DNA of 37,675 nt from Macrostomum lignano (GCA_002269645.1 NIVC01004699.1:1-37675); one strand, 5' to 3'; shown: positions 1 to 11,720, numbered from the stretch's first letter. Notes: a model not told the origin generated them from the sequence alone. Numbers and translations: made by a program.

Positions 1-265
1 GATGATAGAATAGTCTTCATGGCCTTTTTCATCCCACTCGCGTGTAGGATTCAGTATATAATCAGGTGCAGGTCTATCTTTAAGTGAAGTATATAACTCA
101 ATGAATGACACGAGTGCACGAGTACAAATTTGCACAAGTACGAGTACAAAGTGCACAAGTGTTATATATACAAGTTAGTTTGCCAGACATATACAGTAAC
201 AATACAGTATGTAGAGTGTAGCCTACAGGTACAGGCTACAGTGCAGTTTAGTACTGCAGTCTGCA

Positions 266-433
266 ACATACATGTGCAACCTTAGGGAATCACCCAGCAA
301 TTTCTATTGGCAACACACATGTAAGTCACTATTGGACAGAATAGTAGTCACATGACTGCTCTCAGCATAGCGATTTACATGTGTGTGTTGCCAATAGAAA
401 CAGCCAGGTGAATCCAAGGTTGCCCCAAGCATG
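266..433. mobile_element. Fold-back (palindromic) MITE-like element, copy 1
   Basis: Left arm gcaaccttagggaatcacccagcaatttctattggcaacacacatgtaagtcactat is the near reverse complement of right arm atagcgatttacatgtgtgtgttgccaatagaaacagccaggtgaatccaaggttgc. Centre is gtcacatgac. A second copy lies at 2001-2181. Confidence 0.7.
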
Positions 434-2000
434 GTCTGCAATGCTGCATAAGTGAATAAGTGAGTGAATAAGTGAACAATAAATCAATCGAGAAAGAGTG
501 AGGGCAAGAGAAAGGGAAGAGAAATAAGGTACTTAATTTTTCAGTAAGCACAAGCATGCAAAGCGTGCTACCCCCCCCCCCCCCGGTCCTTCAGTATGGT
601 GGTGCATAGGTAAGTCGCAAATCTTAGACAAAGCTAAGTTGCACTGGACAGGTGAAATTTTGAGGTTGGGCATGTATGACAAAGCATTGCAACTCTATGA
701 AGTAAATAAAACAAAATTAAATAAATCAATACTTTACTATTTTAGCAAAGAAAATGTCTAAAATTTTAGGCGTTATTTAATTAAAGATTGGCAAAAAATT
801 ATATTTGAAACCATAATAGTTATCATCAAAAAGGTTTTCTTCCTATTACTGAAATGACTTTCTTTTGCTTATCATTAAAATGATTATCACTAAAGTATTC
901 TTATAAGAATATTTTAAATCCTAGTAGGGTACCCAATTGATTTCCTAATTGTCAAGTTTCAAATTTATATATATAATTCTAAAAATTTTTAATAGGGACT
1001 TAGTAAGTCCCTTGACCTATAATCTAGATCATGCTAAGTTCATGCTATGCTAAAATGCTCTGAACTAAATATATATTCATACCAATGTAAAGTTAATGCC
1101 AACTTTTTGCAATTGCAACAATTATAGTTTTTAATATAATTAGTTAATTAGTTACAAACTAATTACAAGCCATGGATATGGCTATGGAAAGTTATACATT
1201 TTTTACTTTCAATAAAACTAGCTTGTAAGTCCTTAGGTCAAGGACTAAAATAGCATTTTTATAGCATATGGGCCATTCCATATAATTATAGTTATAATAT
1301 GACAGGCTATTTTTACTTATAAAATGAAATCTAAAATAGAATATACTAACCAATATTTTGAATAAAAGATTATTTTGTCAAGAATATGTTTATATAGTTT
1401 CATATAGATATCATCATTAGTATAGATGCTATTAAAACTTGAATGGCACTTATGGTTGTAACAATAGGATTTTTGACAAAAAGAAACTAAAAGGTAAAAG
1501 TCTTATAACATTTTTCATTTTTGATATTTTATAATACACTTTAAAAAATTTGACTAAGAACATCTTTAGAAATCATACTCTTTTATTAGAATATATAAAC
1601 TCAAAAAGGCAATAAAGATATAAAAGAAAAGGCAGCATCTGATGATGCATGTACTATAATTTTATCTATAGTTTGTTTCAACATTCCAAAGCTTTCTATT
1701 TGTTTTTAAAAGGTACACAACCTTAATGATGTCTTTTGCTTAGAAAAATGTCCAAATTTTTACAAAAATGACTTTTTGCCAATTGATAACATACTAATCC
1801 AACATTTTACCAACCATTTATTCTTAGGTTGTATATATTACACATCAAAAACATTTGGCCAAAAAGTGGCTAATAAGGAAATGGCAAGCAAAAATATTGA
1901 CTTTTTTTCTATTTTCCAAATGTCTCCATCTTATCTAAAATGAGCCATATGCAAATTGTAGTTAATATAGTTGGTATAATGATAAAACATAGATATTTTA

Positions 2001-2181
2001 ACATACATGCGCAACTTTAGGAATCACCTGGCTGTTTCTATTGGCAACACATGTATGTAAGTTGCTATTGGCTGAGAGCAGTCACATGACTACTATTCCA
2101 TCCAATAGCGACTTACATGTGTATATTGCCAAATGCCAATAGAAATGGCCAAGTGAATCCCAAGGTTGCATCCAAGCATGT
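2001..2181. mobile_element. Fold-back MITE-like element, copy 2, inverted relative to copy 1
   Basis: Same arms as 266-433. The asymmetric spacer tggctgagagcagtcacatgactactattccatcca is close to the reverse complement of the copy 1 spacer. Confidence 0.7.
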
Positions 2182-3642
2182 ATTTTAATGTAGATTTTGG
2201 GACAAATAAAACTTTAATATGCATTCAATGTAAGTTTGCTAGTGATAGACTTTTTTGGAAAGATTTAAATTTCTCCTTTTTATAAGTGTACTAGGCCCTA
2301 GCTTTTACATGAGTAGATATTAGTTGTATTTTATTATATTAGCTAAATATTATGCAAATTTTGCCCTAGCCTAAATTGTCTAAATTGAATTTAAACTGGT
2401 TTTATAACTTTACTTTGATAAAAATTGCATTTGAAATAGTGTAACTGTGTACTTACCCTCTGCATAATAAAGTTAATTAATAATATTTGTCTTTTGTTCT
2501 AATAAAACTTGAATGAAATTGACTTGTGTCCTACTTATTCTAATTTAACATTAACTATAAGTTGCATTAGTCTGGTGGCAACAATTTCTACCAAATAGAA
2601 ATAAAAAGTAAGAAATCATAAAGTAAAAAAAAGAACAAACTAGTAGCTTAAACTGTGAGGAGACATGCCTATTCTTTGTATGATGATAGTGTTCTAATAT
2701 ATTCTGGTAGGATTCTAATGTATTCTGATAGCAGTCTAGTGTACTCTAGTAATGGTCTTAATTTGTATTTTGGCCTGAACTGTTTACTGGTACATGTACT
2801 ATTCCAATATGGGTGGTACTAAGATCAGAGTGTCACAGTGTTACTCCTTTAATAAGTCTCTAAACTATTATGAGAACTCTTCACTTGAAAAGAAGTAACT
2901 CATTTTAACTCCAAATCTAAGAAATTAAATAAGTTGAACTTATCAATTCATTTTGAGGAGCTTTGTGACTCTGCTCAAAGGTTTTTCCCAAGTTAGAGCT
3001 TATTTCTGACAAATTCGTTTCTATATATAGTCATCCCCTATCACAGGAACAAAAACTAGTTCCACCATTTTGTATAAACAGTTAAAATTTTGTGTTAGTT
3101 TAACTTGTGTACAAAATGTTCATTTTTCAATAATAATCAAGTAGCATTGCCTTTGTTGAAATTTAGCTATTTTGCCCAGCAATAGCAAAAAAGCATAGAA
3201 TTTCCTTCAATGCTCTTTATTCCTTTTTTGCTTATGGTAGCATTTGCTAAGATTTTCAACTGCATATTACTGTTAGTAATACAATGTGGAATACAATTAC
3301 AAAATCAAGAAGTTGAAGATCAAACAGTAAAATTATTGCCATTATAAGTTATTTTCCTTTCATTGGACCAATAACATCTAACAGCCTTAGGTAATATAAC
3401 TGTTATACTATTTTGTTTCCAATGCTATTATAAAAACTTTATAGTAATAATTTTAATGGCACAGTGCCAGATTTAATCTATTTTGTTTTAGGCTGAACCT
3501 GCAGGTATTAAAAAACAATACAAATATATTAACATATTGCTTTTTAGTATGAACATATGCATTCTATCTTTAATAAGCATATATAAAACTCTTTCGTGCC
3601 ATTGCATGTTACAAAGTTGTATTGCTAAGCCAACCTGTCAAA

Positions 3643-4551
3643 ATGAAGCAAGGTAGCCAACTTCGCTTGCATGTCCTAATCATGATTGCTGGTCACATTG
3701 CGGCATTCGTTTTGCTGACTTGTCTATCCTTTGCGCCTATTGTGAGGTAAGACATACAATATCAAGGTTTTTTATGCAGCGAAAAGAACTTACACTTAAT
3801 TAATAGGTCAGGGGTCAGTCAACTTGCAAAGCCTCTCTATCCGTATCTGGCCCTAGGGTCCTTTGAAATTTCTTACAGAAATCCGGCCCGCTCAAGGTTT
3901 GTGTCTCTTCTCGCTCTCCTCTCTAATCCCTATCTCTCTTCTCTCGTCTTGTCTCTCCTCTGTTCCGCAGTCAGTCGCTTCTATCTTACCCTTGAGGTAA
4001 TAAATTTCCATTTGATTGTAGGAGTTGTTTTATTAATTGCACCGCAACCTTTCAAACTCTCCATTAAGCCCCAGCCTGGCCTGCCGCCTTGAAGAATTCG
4101 GATTCGACAGTAAAGACATCAAGCTGTTCCTATGCAGTAGCCTGTCACTGCTTGCCCTCCATCTGGGCATGCTATACGGTGTCACAGCTGTTCAGCCAGT
4201 GTGCATGCTGCCTGGAATGTGTGCTCAACTGACTGGCATATTGTGCACCGTACTGTCTATGGCTACATCGGCTGTTAGCTACGGCTTAGCTGGACGTGCC
4301 GTCTGGCCAATGGAATTAGCGGTTAATAATCTCACTGGCTGCTGCTTGCCTTCCTATTGGCGCTCATAGTTGGCTGTGTAACTTTTGAAGCTTTCTATGT
4401 TGGTACGCTGTGGTGCTACTATAAGCAGCTGGTTGTGTCTGCTAAAACTGCTGCTAATGCCTCTAATTCCACTGTTACAGCGGCCTTGTCTCCGGCTGCC
4501 AAAGATGACAACAAGGAGAATAAAATCCTGCCATTCATTGTCTACAGCTAA
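3643..4551 (+). CDS. Putative multi-pass (3-4 TM) membrane protein, multi-exon, with a 1-nt frame break near 4333; exon structure uncertain
   Basis: Candidate exons with canonical sites: ending 3746 (gag|gtaag), 3879-3896, 3971-3996 and 4075-4551. Hydrophobic segments LFLCSSLSLLALHLGMLYGV, LTGILCTVLSMATSAVSYGL and, after the frame break, WLLLAFLLALIVGCVTFEAFYVGTLWCYY. AATAAA follows at 4620. No family recognised. Confidence 0.4.
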
Positions 4552-4619
4552 ACTGCTGAATTGTTCGATTGTGAGACTATAAACAATCAAAAGTCTACAG
4601 AGTCCTTTTCAGTTTGAAC

Positions 4620-4625
4620 AATAAA
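4620..4625 (+). terminator. Candidate polyadenylation signal AATAAA for the upstream membrane-protein ORF
   Basis: aataaa about 70 nt after the TAA at 4549-4551. Confidence 0.35.
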
Positions 4626-4632
4626 AGTACAT

Positions 4633-4749
4633 GGTTGGTGCAAAAAGGTCTCCCGGATAGAAAAATGGTGTTTATTTAAAGAAACAATACTCATCACCCA
4701 GTTCAGATAAAACTCAGTTTGCTATCCAGGAGACCTTTCTGGACCATCC
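4633..4749. repeat. Short inverted-repeat element (about 28-bp arms, about 60-bp spacer), MITE-like
   Basis: ggttggtgcaaaaaggtctcccggatag versus ctatccaggagacctttctggaccatcc; the inner 17 bp differ at one position. Confidence 0.55.
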
Positions 4750-5637
4750 TGATTGTGCGTTTTTTTCTACAAACCAATTCTAAATTGTCATCCAAATCCA
4801 CAGTTTATTTAATCCAATTGTCTCACAACACTTGCTTTCTACATGTGAAAAGTGCTTTCAAAAATCACCACTTCAGTGCATCCCCGAAAAAGTGCCGGTG
4901 CTGTCCAATATTCTATTAAATTGTCTAGTTGAATTAAGCAAAACAGATTATAGCATTTTAAGTTTTTACCTTTTTTCGTCTCTTTAATTTGCAGCAATAA
5001 ATGTCAGAGAAAATGCGCTTCATTTTACCAGTGCTTGCACGGCTTTAGAGCAGATAATGTGGTGTGTTTGATTTGCTTCATTTTTGTATTTCATTCCTGG
5101 CGCCATCGAGTTATTATTATGACTTACTAGTAGTATGCCCGAACCTATCAAGACAAACAAGCAAGTGTCAGACAGATGCCCCTTCTGCTAACTTACAAAG
5201 CAGGCCCTATGAAAAATGTTGCAATAGCGAAATTAGACGCTTAGTTAGTCTTGGTGTGAGGAGGGGGCGTTTAGTAAAAGCGCCACATGTGGCCCTATAA
5301 GTTATGATTGAGCAATTGCATCCAGTGTACTTACAGGTAATTGCCCAATCAGTCTCTTGCGGGGGAGGGGAGCAATTTATATAACGATGGTATTTATGGC
5401 GCAAAATTGTTCTACAAATTGGTAAGATAATTGCTGCCTACTCAAGTCCAAACCGGCTCCCTAATATAAAATGATAATTACCCAGTATGTGAACTTCAAT
5501 ATGGCACTAAGTACTTTTCTTTGTCGATCTATGCTTTAGTAAAGGATGTATAGAATGTTTGTTATATCCTAATCATACTACTTTTATGCATAGAACCCAG
5601 AGACCTAGGTTTGATTGTTGACTCTTCTTAACAGTAA

Positions 5638-5843
5638 CGTCCGACTCACGACTGAAAGGTCGGGGGTTCGATTCTAGACCCACGTTTGTGTCATTGAACA
5701 AGACGCACAACTCTGCATTGCTGGGGTAATTAAGGGTGTGCCTGTGACTGAACAACCGTACGAAGCCTTCAAATGCGCAGCGCAATAGTTGCGGTTGAGC
5801 TGTCGGTTGCACATCAGGCCATTAGGGCAGGTGTAATCAATAA
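5638..5843 (+). mobile_element. tRNA-derived SINE, 5'-truncated and internally deleted copy
   Basis: cgtccgactcacgactgaaaggtcgggggttcgattctagaccc (B box) through ggccattagggcaggtgtaatcaat matches the reverse complement of 14122-14441, with about 40 bp of the central domain missing. Confidence 0.8.
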
Positions 5844-5923
5844 TTTTTACTGTTATTAGTAAAAAATTGCATTTTACATCGTCTTTTCATGCGCTTAGAA
5901 GTTTGCCTAAATCGAGCTTAATA

Positions 5924-6115
5924 ATGATTATCCCAATTCGTTGTTTCACCTGCGGCAAAGTTGTTGGCGACAAATGGGAACAATTTATTAATATGCTGCA
6001 GGGCGGCTATGGCGAAGGCGACGCTCTGGACATGCTCAAAATTAATCGGTATTGCTGTCGCCGGATGCTGCTATCGCATGTGGATTTGATTGAGAAACTG
6101 CTCAACTATGTGTAA
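5924..6115 (+). CDS. POLR2L: DNA-directed RNA polymerases I/II/III shared subunit RPB10 (RPABC5), 63 aa, intronless
   Basis: [21 protein letters not shown]...EGDALD...[21 protein letters not shown], with the CxxC and CCRR zinc ligands of RPB10. The true ATG is residue 20 of the listed ORF. Confidence 0.96.
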   Translation: MIIPIRCFTCGKVVGDKWEQFINMLQGGYGEGDALDMLKINRYCCRRMLLSHVDLIEKLLNYV

Positions 6116-7040
6116 ACTTTGAGCAAGACTTTTCATTTCCAATCATGCAAAATGTTTCTGGTTGGCTGATTTTAATGTTCCAAGTATCAGGTTGAATACT
6201 TGAATTTCTTTGTCAAGGAATTTGCGACGATTGAGACTCACTGACTCTTGTAAATCGAACGTGTCAACTACTTTTCAATCGCAAAAATGAAATTTAGCTC
6301 GTAATTGGCATTTTCTGACAACTAACGTACTAGAAAACTTGAAGTAATATTTCTGTAGAAGTATACAGATCTACAGTAAGAGTTACAACTCGCTAAAGTG
6401 AAACCAATAAGTGTTTTTTTCAAGCGTTTTCACCGTATTTTTGTTAACCTGGTGAACTTAATAAACAGGCAATTGAATTGGCACTTGTGTACCAGCTACA
6501 GCTGAATTGTGCGTCCAGTTTTTTAATTCTTAGTGTAATTTATATCAGTGTGTTTATTATTTATTTCTCCGTTTATTTAGGTAAAAGAAATAAAAGTTTC
6601 AAGGTCAATATTTCGGCTTTTTACTTTGGATAGACGGTGATAAAAGTTGAAACGAATAACATGTGCTGGTCAAGTCAGATTAAACACATAGTAATAGTGT
6701 TGAGAGTTATTGTAGGTTGCTTTAATATAGACAAGTTATAAACCGTCAGTATAGATTTGAATAAAATTGTTTTTCTCGCGATTAACATTGGATTCAAGTA
6801 CTTTGTACTAAGATAAAAACTTTGGCCCTTATGTCACATTTGCCAAAAAAATATGTTTGCTGACTAAAAGTGCAGGAGGTGGCGCGTATTCTAAAGTAAA
6901 GATGCAGTGATTTTAAGGACTTGAAAGTGTGCTTCTGTTGCGTAAAAAACTGTGCCATTCGTGTTTTGATCTGCTTCGTTTAATGTTAATTCGCTTAGCC
7001 AATTAGCTGTCTCATAAAATTTTCAATCCGGTCTCGGGTT

Positions 7041-9599
7041 TTATTTTCCACTGCTGCTGGTCATCTCCACAGGTGTCAATTTGCTCCTAGCGTTTCCGGT
7101 GCCCATATTGTTGGCGATCTCCTTCTCCCAGGCCTGGATAGTTGATGTACTCGAAGCCGCGGAGGGCACTTGGCCTGGCATGGAGGTAGGCTTCGTAGGC
7201 GCTGCTTTGTTGTTCGCGCCTGACCTACTCCGAGCCGAAGCCACAAAGCGCGCTACGGCTGTTGTCAGGGCGCGGCTCTGCATGAATTTGGTCTTCCACT
7301 CGATGCGCTCCTTGTATCCTTGATAGGCTGTGCGCAGCTCGGCTGATATAACAAACATTAGTTCGAATAGTTCGCAAATGGTTAGAACAGACATGCCTAA
7401 GTACAGACCGAGAATGCCGCCAATGTCTGAGAAAAGATTCGACAGCATGTAGGCCTCTACTTCCTCCACCATCATGCTGAACGAACGATAAGCGCCTAAA
7501 CTGATTTGGGCAAAGTTGCTGGCAAACTTTGTCTGAACCTGCAGATTTAAATCGGGTAATTATGGCAAGTTAACTGCAGATGCACCATTGTTTCCATCGC
7601 TTGTTTGTGAATGAAGTTTTTAAAAGTGCTTTTTATTATGTCTGGCCTTTGTATCATCGTATATATCCACTTGTCTCCCGGTACTTTGTTTATTTTGCCA
7701 CTTAACATTCTGGACCAATGCTAGCTAAGCTGCTGTATTTCTTTAATTGCTCCCCAATTCTATTAATCGAGTCTTGAGAGTTAGACAGGAATAAGTAATT
7801 CTTATTCACCTCATCGGCCGTTGTTAGATTGTTCCTAAAATAGTAGAACACATCTGGCACTGTATAGTTCATTTCCAGCATCCGATTGATGTGGTCTTGC
7901 ATAATGTTATTCTTGCAATACACAGCTAAACTGTTCAGTGGCCAAGAAGCCATTGATAGTATTGGCGTGTAGATTCTTTCCTTGCAGTTGTTTACACACT
8001 CCGTCATCTCGTTAAATAGCGTGCTCTGCCTCAAAAGATAGTCGTATTCGCACTGCGTTCGGCGTTTGAATTCCGTCGCATTGGTTGCCATGGAGATGTA
8101 ATGACATTTCGTACCGTTAACAACCTCCGTGGCGTTGGCGTAGGCTGGCGCTACTCCGCTTGACAGGCACTTGCAGTCATTGAGAATCTTTTCTAATAGC
8201 TGGCGGTACTGACAGTCCTGCTTGCCTTTGACAAACTTGATCCGGTTCTTCACCGCGTCTTCGTAGTAGACGGACTGGTCGTCCGGATTGCACTTCTTTG
8301 AGTTGCGGCTCACGTAACTAACAAACAATAAGGTGGTTCAAAGACGTTGCCGCCCGGGTGAATGGGAATAGGAAAGATTGAAAGAATATTAAATTGCATC
8401 CTGTTTATACCTTGCTTTGAGCGATTGTCTTTTTGGTTAAAAAAACAATAAGACACCATTTCTCAATAGATCTATATTACAAAAGCTACAAATCTACAAA
8501 TCTAGAACAAAGGCATGAATTTCCCAAATCAAGCGTGTTTATATGCGCTTACTGATATTCAACCATCTCAAAGTCGACGTATGAGTGCACGCCTGGCGAC
8601 AGGTTGATGTAGTCTCGCGGAAAATGATCCTTTTCACCGTAGAACAATATCGCTCCGCCAGATTTGGACACATCGTAGATGCCTTCGTAGGTGACGCCGG
8701 CTGTCAGGCGACCGTAGATTGTCAGGGACTCCGGATTGCCAAGCACTGGGTAATTGTCCGTGAAAAGTACCTGTAGTACAATGAAATCATCATAGTTACA
8801 TATACATTTGAACTCAAGACAGACCCAAACCTGTTCGCTGTCTGAAGTCTTTACCCTTCGTCAGTGAAGCCACTGAGTTCTAGAACTCATCTTTAGGTGT
8901 GATCGCTTTCACATTCTATTCTTGCTGGTCTTTAGAAATCAGTCTCTCTTCATAGAAACCCATCTTTGAAAGAAACATTATTATTGGACTTACCAGCTCA
9001 AGCGAAAACTCTGCTATTTCCTTAGTCTGATTTAGTAGCGTCGCTGACGGCGAAAATCTGAAGCAATTTCCATATTCGCTCACCCAATAGTTTTCAAAAT
9101 CAGTAAACGAACAATTGTAGCCTTTGTACGTGCACTTCACTATAAAATATTCCTGCCTAGTGCCAAGGTATCTCAATAAAAAGCTCGGATCGAACATGTC
9201 CTTGGCGATTGGCATGAGGGTCTCGTACTGGCCACCTAGGCCAACCATCGTGCTGATGTAGGCCAGCTGAGCGGCCGATGAGTACAGATTGGCGTAGACA
9301 CTCGGATGCTTGGCCACGGTCTCGTAGTAGTTTGAGTAAGAAATCGGAGTCACTCCGCAGACGGTGATGTCGGGCGTCTCAAATGGAATCGCGCCGGGAC
9401 TGATGTTGGCAGACACTGGGGTGCTCATGAAGGTCAGGACCAGTTGCGACAGGTGATAGCTGAAGCCGCCTAGCGCTGTTACTAAAAACAGCGTCCACAT
9501 TAGCTTCACTGGCAGCGATTCGCTGCTGTGGATTCTGCTGAAGCCGTGCGCCGTTGTTGAACGGACGAAGTCCGATATACCCTGAACACTGATCTCCAT
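7041..9599 (-). CDS. DEG/ENaC (amiloride-sensitive sodium channel / ASIC superfamily) subunit, about 609 aa, 4 exons
   Basis: Exons 9599-8994, 8770-8553, 8317-7810 and 7538-7041 join in frame (1830 nt) with GT-AG introns; the exon 3 donor gag|gtgaat is the least certain. Motifs: pre-TM1 STTAHG, TM1, FETPDITVC, YGNCFRF, Cys-rich thumb, and TM2 EEVEAY..SDIGGILGLYLGMSVLTICE with a GxS filter. Confidence 0.92.
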
Positions 9600-10165
9600 T
9601 TAAAGAGATCGAATTGGACCCGTGTGTGTTAGAGTTCGATCTAAATGCCTACTATAGTTTCTAGTTCGCTTTTTTACTCTCAGTCCAACGCGATGGTCCG
9701 TTCAATTGCTCTTCGCCCAGATTAAATACTCTTAGTAAAACGTCAGGTGCCACCCATATTTGTCTCGTTGCGACCCAATCAAATTAATGCATGGCTTTGT
9801 ATTTTGCAACATTGGCGCACTATAAACAATTGGTTGTCAATGGTTACGGATCTGTCTCTTGTTCACAGGCACTGTAGATCCGCAGGATTTTCCACGAAAT
9901 TACTGCAAGTAGCTTAGCCTATCAAGATGAAATTATCAGGAAGTCTGTACTTTGTTAGAATCAAATAGAAACGATTGTATTTTTAGTCTTATAAACTTAT
10001 TGATGAGTTTTCTTTATGCAACAAAGCTTCCTAAAGTTCTGAAAGGAATACGAGGTCTTCTTGGGAACTAAAAAAAGCAAAATATTCAAATCCAAAGGTT
10101 TGCTCATTTGAAGGCGTTCAAACTGGAATCGGACAGTCTGGCGAAACTTTTGTCTCCTGTTGGGG

Positions 10166-10627
10166 TCAGCAGGGACTGCGGTCGCGCACGTCCCGGAGCC
10201 TGCAGCAGAGTTGCTGGCCCTCAGCACGACTGACACCAGCTGAATAGTTCGCTGCTGCTACAGACTCGAAATTCCCCTGCTGGTCTCCTCCAATAGAACC
10301 GCCGCCGCCTTGAAAGCAGTGCGCAACGTGTCTGCGCTTATTAACGCAAGCTAGCGATACTAGAATAAGCGCAGACAGTGGTACAATGACAAAATAGTAG
10401 CTATGAATTGCTCGTCCAATGCCGACATGCTGATCGTTGCTATCATCGACAGTATTGATGTCGTCTGGGTTGCTTCTCATTGTCGTTGTCAGCTCAAAAT
10501 TGTTGTTGGTTGTAATGTCGGGCTGGTACTTCTGCCTTCTTGACGAGGCCAGCAGTGACTCGGTTCTATAAAATATTGCTGTCATCAACAGCATGGCAGC
10601 TTGCAGCTTCCAAGACAAAGATTTCAT
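10166..10627 (-). CDS. Orphan type I single-pass membrane protein candidate, 153 aa
   Basis: ATG at 10627: signal-peptide-like MKSLSWKLQAAMLLMTAIFY, a T/N/D-rich ectodomain, TM YYFVIVPLSALILVSLACV followed by basic NKRR, and a Gly/Cys-containing tail. Uninterrupted GC-balanced ORF; no family recognised. Confidence 0.55.
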   Translation of the reverse strand: MKSLSWKLQAAMLLMTAIFYRTESLLASSRRQKYQPDITTNNNFELTTTMRSNPDDINTVDDSNDQHVGIGRAIHSYYFVIVPLSALILVSLACVNKRRHVAHCFQGGGGSIGGDQQGNFESVAAANYSAGVSRAEGQQLCCRLRDVRDRSPC

Positions 10628-11396
10628 GGCTTGATCAAAAGGGAACTTTTTCTTCAATTTTTGCAAAGCTGATTTGAGTGGTTCTCTGGCATATTTGTTC
10701 CTAAGAGATCACGGACAGTTTTCCCTTAGTCACGACCTATCCTTCTGCGCTTTTATGCATCTCTTTCGAAGGCTTTTTTCTTTTCCCGGTAACTAGCCTG
10801 GGGGAGGGGCATAAAGAGAGCGCATAAAAGTATGCATGTATTAATCCTCTCTCCGGCTCGAATCTTGCTGATGATCAGGCTGGCGTTTCCTCGAGCTTCA
10901 TCTCTTTTCTTTGATTTTTAAAAGTTTATATAGCTAGCTTTATGCCAAAATTAATTGGCATCTATCAGAGCCTACGTCTTTTAGGTTGTGTTTATCTGTA
11001 AATCTATTCCAAGTCTTTCATGTCATTTTCAAGTATATGAGCCTGCAGACGCTTCTTTAACTCCGTCAGGGAATATAAAGTGCATCAAAAAATTGTAAAT
11101 CAAGAGGCATGTAGGTAGAGTCCTGCATATTAAGTTTAGTGCCGTAAACGAGGAAATGAATGAGCGAAATCTTCTTAGTCGGCTGGAATTTGGAAATAAG
11201 AGATGACTTTTTTATATTCTGACTGTAGTAAATTCCCGTCAGAAGTTTTACTAAGCAAAGCGTACGAGCTAATTACTGTCTGCACAGATTTCCAATGAAA
11301 TTTTCTACCCAGAATATTAACCTTTTTACTCATAGTAGCATTCTTAGAGTGTCAAAGCTTTATTTTAATTCTGATTAATTTATCATTATCTAATCT

Positions 11397-11720
11397 GCAT
11401 GAAATGAGGAGTTGGATATAAACATGAGATGAGGAGTTGCATACAGCATGGGACGAGGAGGCGGATAGAGCATGGCATGAGGAGTTGCATAGAGCATAAG
11501 ATGAGGAGGTAGATATGCATGAGATGAGGAGTTGCATAGACCATAAGATCAGGAGTTGGATGGAGCATGAGATCAGGAGTTGCATATAGCATGAGGAGAT
11601 GAGGAGGTATATAGAGCATGAGATAAGAAGTTCGATAGAGCATGAGATCAGGAGGTGGATAGAGCATGGGATGAAGTGCGATAAGGAGGTGGATAGTGAG
11701 TGAGATCAGGTGGTTGATAG
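11397..11720. repeat. Degenerate 24-bp tandem repeat (gcatgagatgaggagttgcataga), about 13 copies
   Basis: Visible periodicity; it accounts for the repetitive ORFs at 11352-11790. Confidence 0.8.

Noticed and set aside
772-3594. Fungal RIP signature as the cause of the AT-rich block
   Set aside because: CpA/TpG are not visibly depleted, only CpG is, and the gene content (Hmx, DEG/ENaC) is metazoan.
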